Shown here one piece after another: positions 32,451 through 35,983 of a DNA stretch of 35,983 nucleotides. The translations under genes were made by a program, and so were the position numbers. The notes below the pieces were generated by a model. That model was not told the origin of the DNA. It saw only the letters and a program-made list of their open reading frames with translations, and ran no database searches. Numbering within the stretch: the stretch's first letter is position 1; every line of letters begins with the position of its first letter. The DNA comes from a virus (Duplodnaviria; Caudoviricetes), in IMG/VR virus record IMGVR_UViG_3300046643_000007, positions 1 to 35,983 of that record. One strand, given 5' to 3'.

Positions 32451-33277
32451 CTGAATCCCTCAATGTAGGTTAATGTCCCGTCGATAAAGACAGGAATCCA
32501 AATTGCCGTTGCTATTGCTGCCGGTCCGACAGCGGCGCTTCTGGTAACCGCTCCAGCACCGAGCGCAACGCCGTAGGCATTCACCTGTCTTTGCAGCGTG
32601 AGATAGCCTTGTGCGCCAGAGCCGGTGCCGTCTCCGGGGTACAGGTCAATGTTTCCACCTGCTTGATTGGTTCCCGACGCCTCTCCGCCTATCAGAGTGA
32701 AAATACCGCCAGCACCAGAAGTAGAAGTTCCAAGAGCAATTGTGAATGCTCCAGCCGACCCTGAAGTCGCGCCGCCATTTCCGGTAGTTAGACTAATGTC
32801 CCCACCAACCCCAGTGGCCCCGCCATTCCCGGCTTGCATAATGTACGCGCCACCGACGCCGGTCCCGCTACCATTACCGGACTGCATAATGAAATTGCCG
32901 CCAGCAAAGTTTCCGCCTTGCGCGCTTCCGGTGGATAGATTAAACGCTCCACCTTGTCCCGAAACACTGCCGCCGTTTCCGCTCGATATAGAACCGTTGT
33001 AACCATCAGAGGTTGTCGTTGCCGCAGACGCTGTTGATATTGCGATTCCAATATTCGTTGCAAAACGCGCCTTTCCTACCGTCAGTACCTTTGAAACCCC
33101 ATCGTCCCACGACAGGTCCGCGCTCTGACTCAATCCTCCGCCAGCAACACCAAACACGATCTGCGCGGCAGTTGCCCCGGTAATGATGTGCGATGCATTC
33201 CAGTTGCTAGGGTTAATCTCGTAAGCCGGATTATCTGGCGTAATCGCGGTCAGCGGATGCGTGATGGAAAGTGTCAT
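32447..33277 (-). CDS. Gly-rich repeat fibre-like protein
   Basis: N-terminal PSNWNASH; about eight GG-x-h-x-h-x-x-G repeats of 15-17 aa; ATGA overlap with the portal. Confidence 0.7.
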   Translation of the reverse strand: MTLSITHPLTAITPDNPAYEINPSNWNASHIITGATAAQIVFGVAGGGLSQSADLSWDDGVSKVLTVGKARFATNIGIAISTASAATTTSDGYNGSISSGNGGSVSGQGGAFNLSTGSAQGGNFAGGNFIMQSGNGSGTGVGGAYIMQAGNGGATGVGGDISLTTGNGGATSGSAGAFTIALGTSTSGAGGIFTLIGGEASGTNQAGGNIDLYPGDGTGSGAQGYLTLQRQVNAYGVALGAGAVTRSAAVGPAAIATAIWIPVFIDGTLTYIEGFR

Positions 33278-35580
33278 TGCATCCGCACCGAATACACGCC
33301 ACCGCTCGGCGCCGTGATCTGCATGCCCTCAATCGGCTGGCGGCTGGCAATAATCAACTGCGCGATGTCCTCAAGACTCGGCACACTGGCCTTTTCCTCT
33401 GGCGCGGTATCGGCCTCGATCTGGGCGCGAATGTTCTCCGCCGCACTCTTGACCATATCCGCCTGCGCCTGCATCTGCTCAATCTGGAGTTTCTGAGCGT
33501 TCAATAATGCAGCGGCTTGCTCGGCCTTGGCGTCGGTTTCCATCTTCTGGCGCTCGGTTTGGGCAGTGTATTGCTCGATCTGTACCCGCTGTGCGTCCAG
33601 TTGCAAGGCGTCTTGCTCGTTCTGCTGGCGCATCGCCTCGGCCTGGGCTTTGGCGGCTTCCGCTTGCTGCTTCGTGGCGTCTGACTGTTGCAAAGCCTGT
33701 TGCATTTGCTGCATCTGCTGCTCCAACTGCCCCATGATCTGCGGTATCTGCTCGGCAGGCACAGGACCGCGAGGCGTCATGACCATCTGCTGCTTCTGTC
33801 CGCCTTCCTTCTCGCCGTCATCCAGTACCGCTTTGGCGGCCGGCGGTAGCAAGGTCTTGAGCATTTCCGTCGCCTCGTCCGCCCCTGGAGCGCTGCTGTT
33901 CCGCATCGCCAGATAGGTCACGATGGCATTGGTTGCCGGGTCTTTGGCCGCGCTCATGGCCGAGGCAAAGAAGTTCTGCGCCTCTTCTCTCATGCTGGTG
34001 AAACTCGGTCCAGCCGATACGGTCACGGTGAATTCTCCGCCCGTCATATCGTTCAAGACGCTGACAATGGCGCCGGTTTCCTCGTCCTGCATGGGTTCTG
34101 GCAATTGCTTGTTGATGGTCTTGGAATCAATCGACATATCCGGACGCATGATGTTGACCACGCGCTCCGCATCGTAGTAATGCGGGATCATGTCGTTAAT
34201 GCACCGACCACAATGCAAGATGGAGCGATTCAGGTTGTCGGCGTAGTGATAATTCGCCATGTCGCCCTGTTGCTGCTGGGCGCGTTCCTGAATGCCGGAC
34301 GTGGCGTTGCTTCTTGCACCCAGACTCGAATCAAATAGGCCGGTCGTTTTCTTGACGTTATCCGCCGCATGCATCGCCATTGCCAGCATGCCATTTGGAA
34401 TGTCGGCCATCGGTTGACGCTGCGGAGGCGGTGCGGGATGTCCATCCTCGCTGATCTGGTTGTACTCCAGATAGGGGAACGTACGTACGTTGGCCTGCGC
34501 CCAATTGTCCTCGAATCCCTCAAACTGCCCAGCCACGCCAATATATGGCGCTTTGGTGCGAAGTGAAACTTCCTCGGTCGCGCCGGACATCATGACGTTG
34601 TACGCCTGTGCTGGGCCTCGTGCGTTGCGAATGATGCCGTACCGATTAATGGTCCCTTCGATGTCGATCTCGTCACCATAGACCGGAAAGACGGGAATCC
34701 ATCGACACTTGACCTCGGTCTTTTCCAGCACATCGACGCCCGTGATCTTGCACAGCATCACGCGCTTGCGGGTTCCTTCGCGCTCACGAACGATCTGAAT
34801 GCCTGGAGGAAGTCCAACAAGTTTGTCCTTCCATCCCGTTTCGCCATTGGATAGCTGAATGACGGTGGCGGTCTCGGTCTCGATGTACCAGTACCGGCAC
34901 ACCAGCACGGAATCGGCCATCAGCCACTTGGAATACTCGCCGCCCGATAGCCACGTAGGATCATTGGCGTCAGCGTCGGGATATTGGCGCTTGAAGTCGT
35001 CCCGGCTCATCAATGACTCGATGAACGCAAAGCGCATGTCAGATCCATCAGGCTCGGTCGCCAAAGGATCAATCCGCACAGACAGCGGATTCCTGACCGA
35101 GCGGAACATGATCTTCTGGTCAAAGCTGGTATCGGACTCGAACTCGGTGTCCAGGTACCAGTATCCCGCCCCGATCGTCGCCGCGTTGTTCACGGCGCGG
35201 TCATAGGCGATGTCGGCATTGGAGTCGTACTCTATATGCCGAATCATGCCCTGCCTGATCTCTGCGGTTTCCTCGTCGGCGTCTGCTCCCACGGCGTGAA
35301 CATGGATAGACGGCGTATTCATTCTCTGGTCATTGGTGACCTGGTGCAGGAACGTGGGCAGTTGGTTGATGGTAATGACCGGACGGCCATCAGCACGCCT
35401 TGCCTGCACTGCCCTTGCATCCCATTGGGCATCACCGCCAGAAAGGAAGGTCAGGTCTGTAACCGCAGCCGCACGCCACTCAGAGTCCGACGAACAGCAG
35501 GTCTCGTAGTTCTCCCGGGCCTCTTCAAGAATGTCCTCATCGGTCCTTGGTGCTGTTTCGCTGTCTTCGTCGTCAATCAT
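33274..35580 (-). CDS. Portal protein (P22-like, long C-terminal coiled-coil barrel)
   Basis: DLTFLSG..QW...GRPVITINQLP, IPVFPVYG, SGIQERAQQQQG, V.VSAGPSFTSMREE; Gln-rich tail. Confidence 0.93.
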   Translation of the reverse strand: MIDDEDSETAPRTDEDILEEARENYETCCSSDSEWRAAAVTDLTFLSGGDAQWDARAVQARRADGRPVITINQLPTFLHQVTNDQRMNTPSIHVHAVGADADEETAEIRQGMIRHIEYDSNADIAYDRAVNNAATIGAGYWYLDTEFESDTSFDQKIMFRSVRNPLSVRIDPLATEPDGSDMRFAFIESLMSRDDFKRQYPDADANDPTWLSGGEYSKWLMADSVLVCRYWYIETETATVIQLSNGETGWKDKLVGLPPGIQIVREREGTRKRVMLCKITGVDVLEKTEVKCRWIPVFPVYGDEIDIEGTINRYGIIRNARGPAQAYNVMMSGATEEVSLRTKAPYIGVAGQFEGFEDNWAQANVRTFPYLEYNQISEDGHPAPPPQRQPMADIPNGMLAMAMHAADNVKKTTGLFDSSLGARSNATSGIQERAQQQQGDMANYHYADNLNRSILHCGRCINDMIPHYYDAERVVNIMRPDMSIDSKTINKQLPEPMQDEETGAIVSVLNDMTGGEFTVTVSAGPSFTSMREEAQNFFASAMSAAKDPATNAIVTYLAMRNSSAPGADEATEMLKTLLPPAAKAVLDDGEKEGGQKQQMVMTPRGPVPAEQIPQIMGQLEQQMQQMQQALQQSDATKQQAEAAKAQAEAMRQQNEQDALQLDAQRVQIEQYTAQTERQKMETDAKAEQAAALLNAQKLQIEQMQAQADMVKSAAENIRAQIEADTAPEEKASVPSLEDIAQLIIASRQPIEGMQITAPSGGVYSVRMQ

Positions 35581-35891
35581 TTGGGTTGCCTTGCCATCAA
35601 TAGGACAGGCTCGTTTTGCAGTACAGCAAAGCCATGTTTGCCATACCACTTGAGCAATTGATCGTTTCCGATCCCGTCATCGAATGCCTGAACGCGAAGC
35701 AGCAATACCTGATGCAATTGGTCCGCCTCCTTGCACACCTGTGTCATGAGCGCAGTCGCATGGCCTTTGCGCTGGTTGCCGGACTGCACCGATAGAATCT
35801 CGGAGATACCGTCCTGCATGGTCTCCGGCAAGCCAGTGGGCTGGGCAATCCTGAGGCTCGCTGACTTGTGCTGTCGAAGCCCTGGATTCAT
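35577..35891 (-). CDS. GNAT-family acetyltransferase-like protein
   Basis: NQRKGHATALM (Q/RxxGxA) and LLKWYGKHGF; ATGA overlaps with terL and portal. Confidence 0.75.
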   Translation of the reverse strand: MNPGLRQHKSASLRIAQPTGLPETMQDGISEILSVQSGNQRKGHATALMTQVCKEADQLHQVLLLRVQAFDDGIGNDQLLKWYGKHGFAVLQNEPVLLMARQPK

Positions 35892-35983
35892 GCCATCCAC
35901 CCTGATGCGCCAGCGTATTCATGAGCGTGAGTGCGTACTCTCTTTTCTTTCTTGCCTGCCACCACGCCGGGGAATAGTTCGGT
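35799..35983. repeat. Terminal direct repeat (circular assembly overlap), copy 2
   Basis: Matches 1-185 with one mismatch. Confidence 0.98.

Noticed and set aside
90-35891. Genome-wide TGA recoding suggested by the UCA tRNA
   Set aside because: Standard-code ORFs are full length and densely packed, and many TGA stops overlap the next start (ATGA).

Overview
The window is a complete, circularly assembled 35,798-bp genome of a P22-like podophage of a Gram-negative host. Bases 1-185 recur at 35799-35983 with one synonymous mismatch. A long minus-strand late operon runs across the junction: terS, terL, GNAT, portal, a 4-kb accessory virion cassette, scaffold, P22-type coat, adaptor, nozzle, cupin, three ejection proteins, LamG tail fibre, a phosphoesterase/HExxH block, endolysin, holin and nested Rz/Rz1. 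The early region (about 1.8-12.5 kb) has two divergent promoter switches. These drive a YdaU/DUF1376 initiator, a stand-alone primase zinc finger, a Twinkle/T7-type SF4 helicase, a frameshifted SF2 helicase-DNA methyltransferase fusion, a Rad52/Sak annealase, Gp157, SSB, an XRE HTH protein and NinB. I recognised no integrase, ParA, CI-peptidase repressor, reverse transcriptase or CRISPR array. The most striking signal is a 440-nt non-coding RNA array at 12107-12544. It contains a tRNA-shaped RNA carrying a second anticodon-less tRNA in its variable-arm position, a five-way-junction RNA, and a degenerate UCA-anticodon tRNA that shares its acceptor stem with the first element. A C4/CI-like antisense cloverleaf is also positioned to block the initiator's ribosome-binding site. 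All protein calls come from motif recognition and gene order, and all RNA folds were paired by eye; no searches were run.
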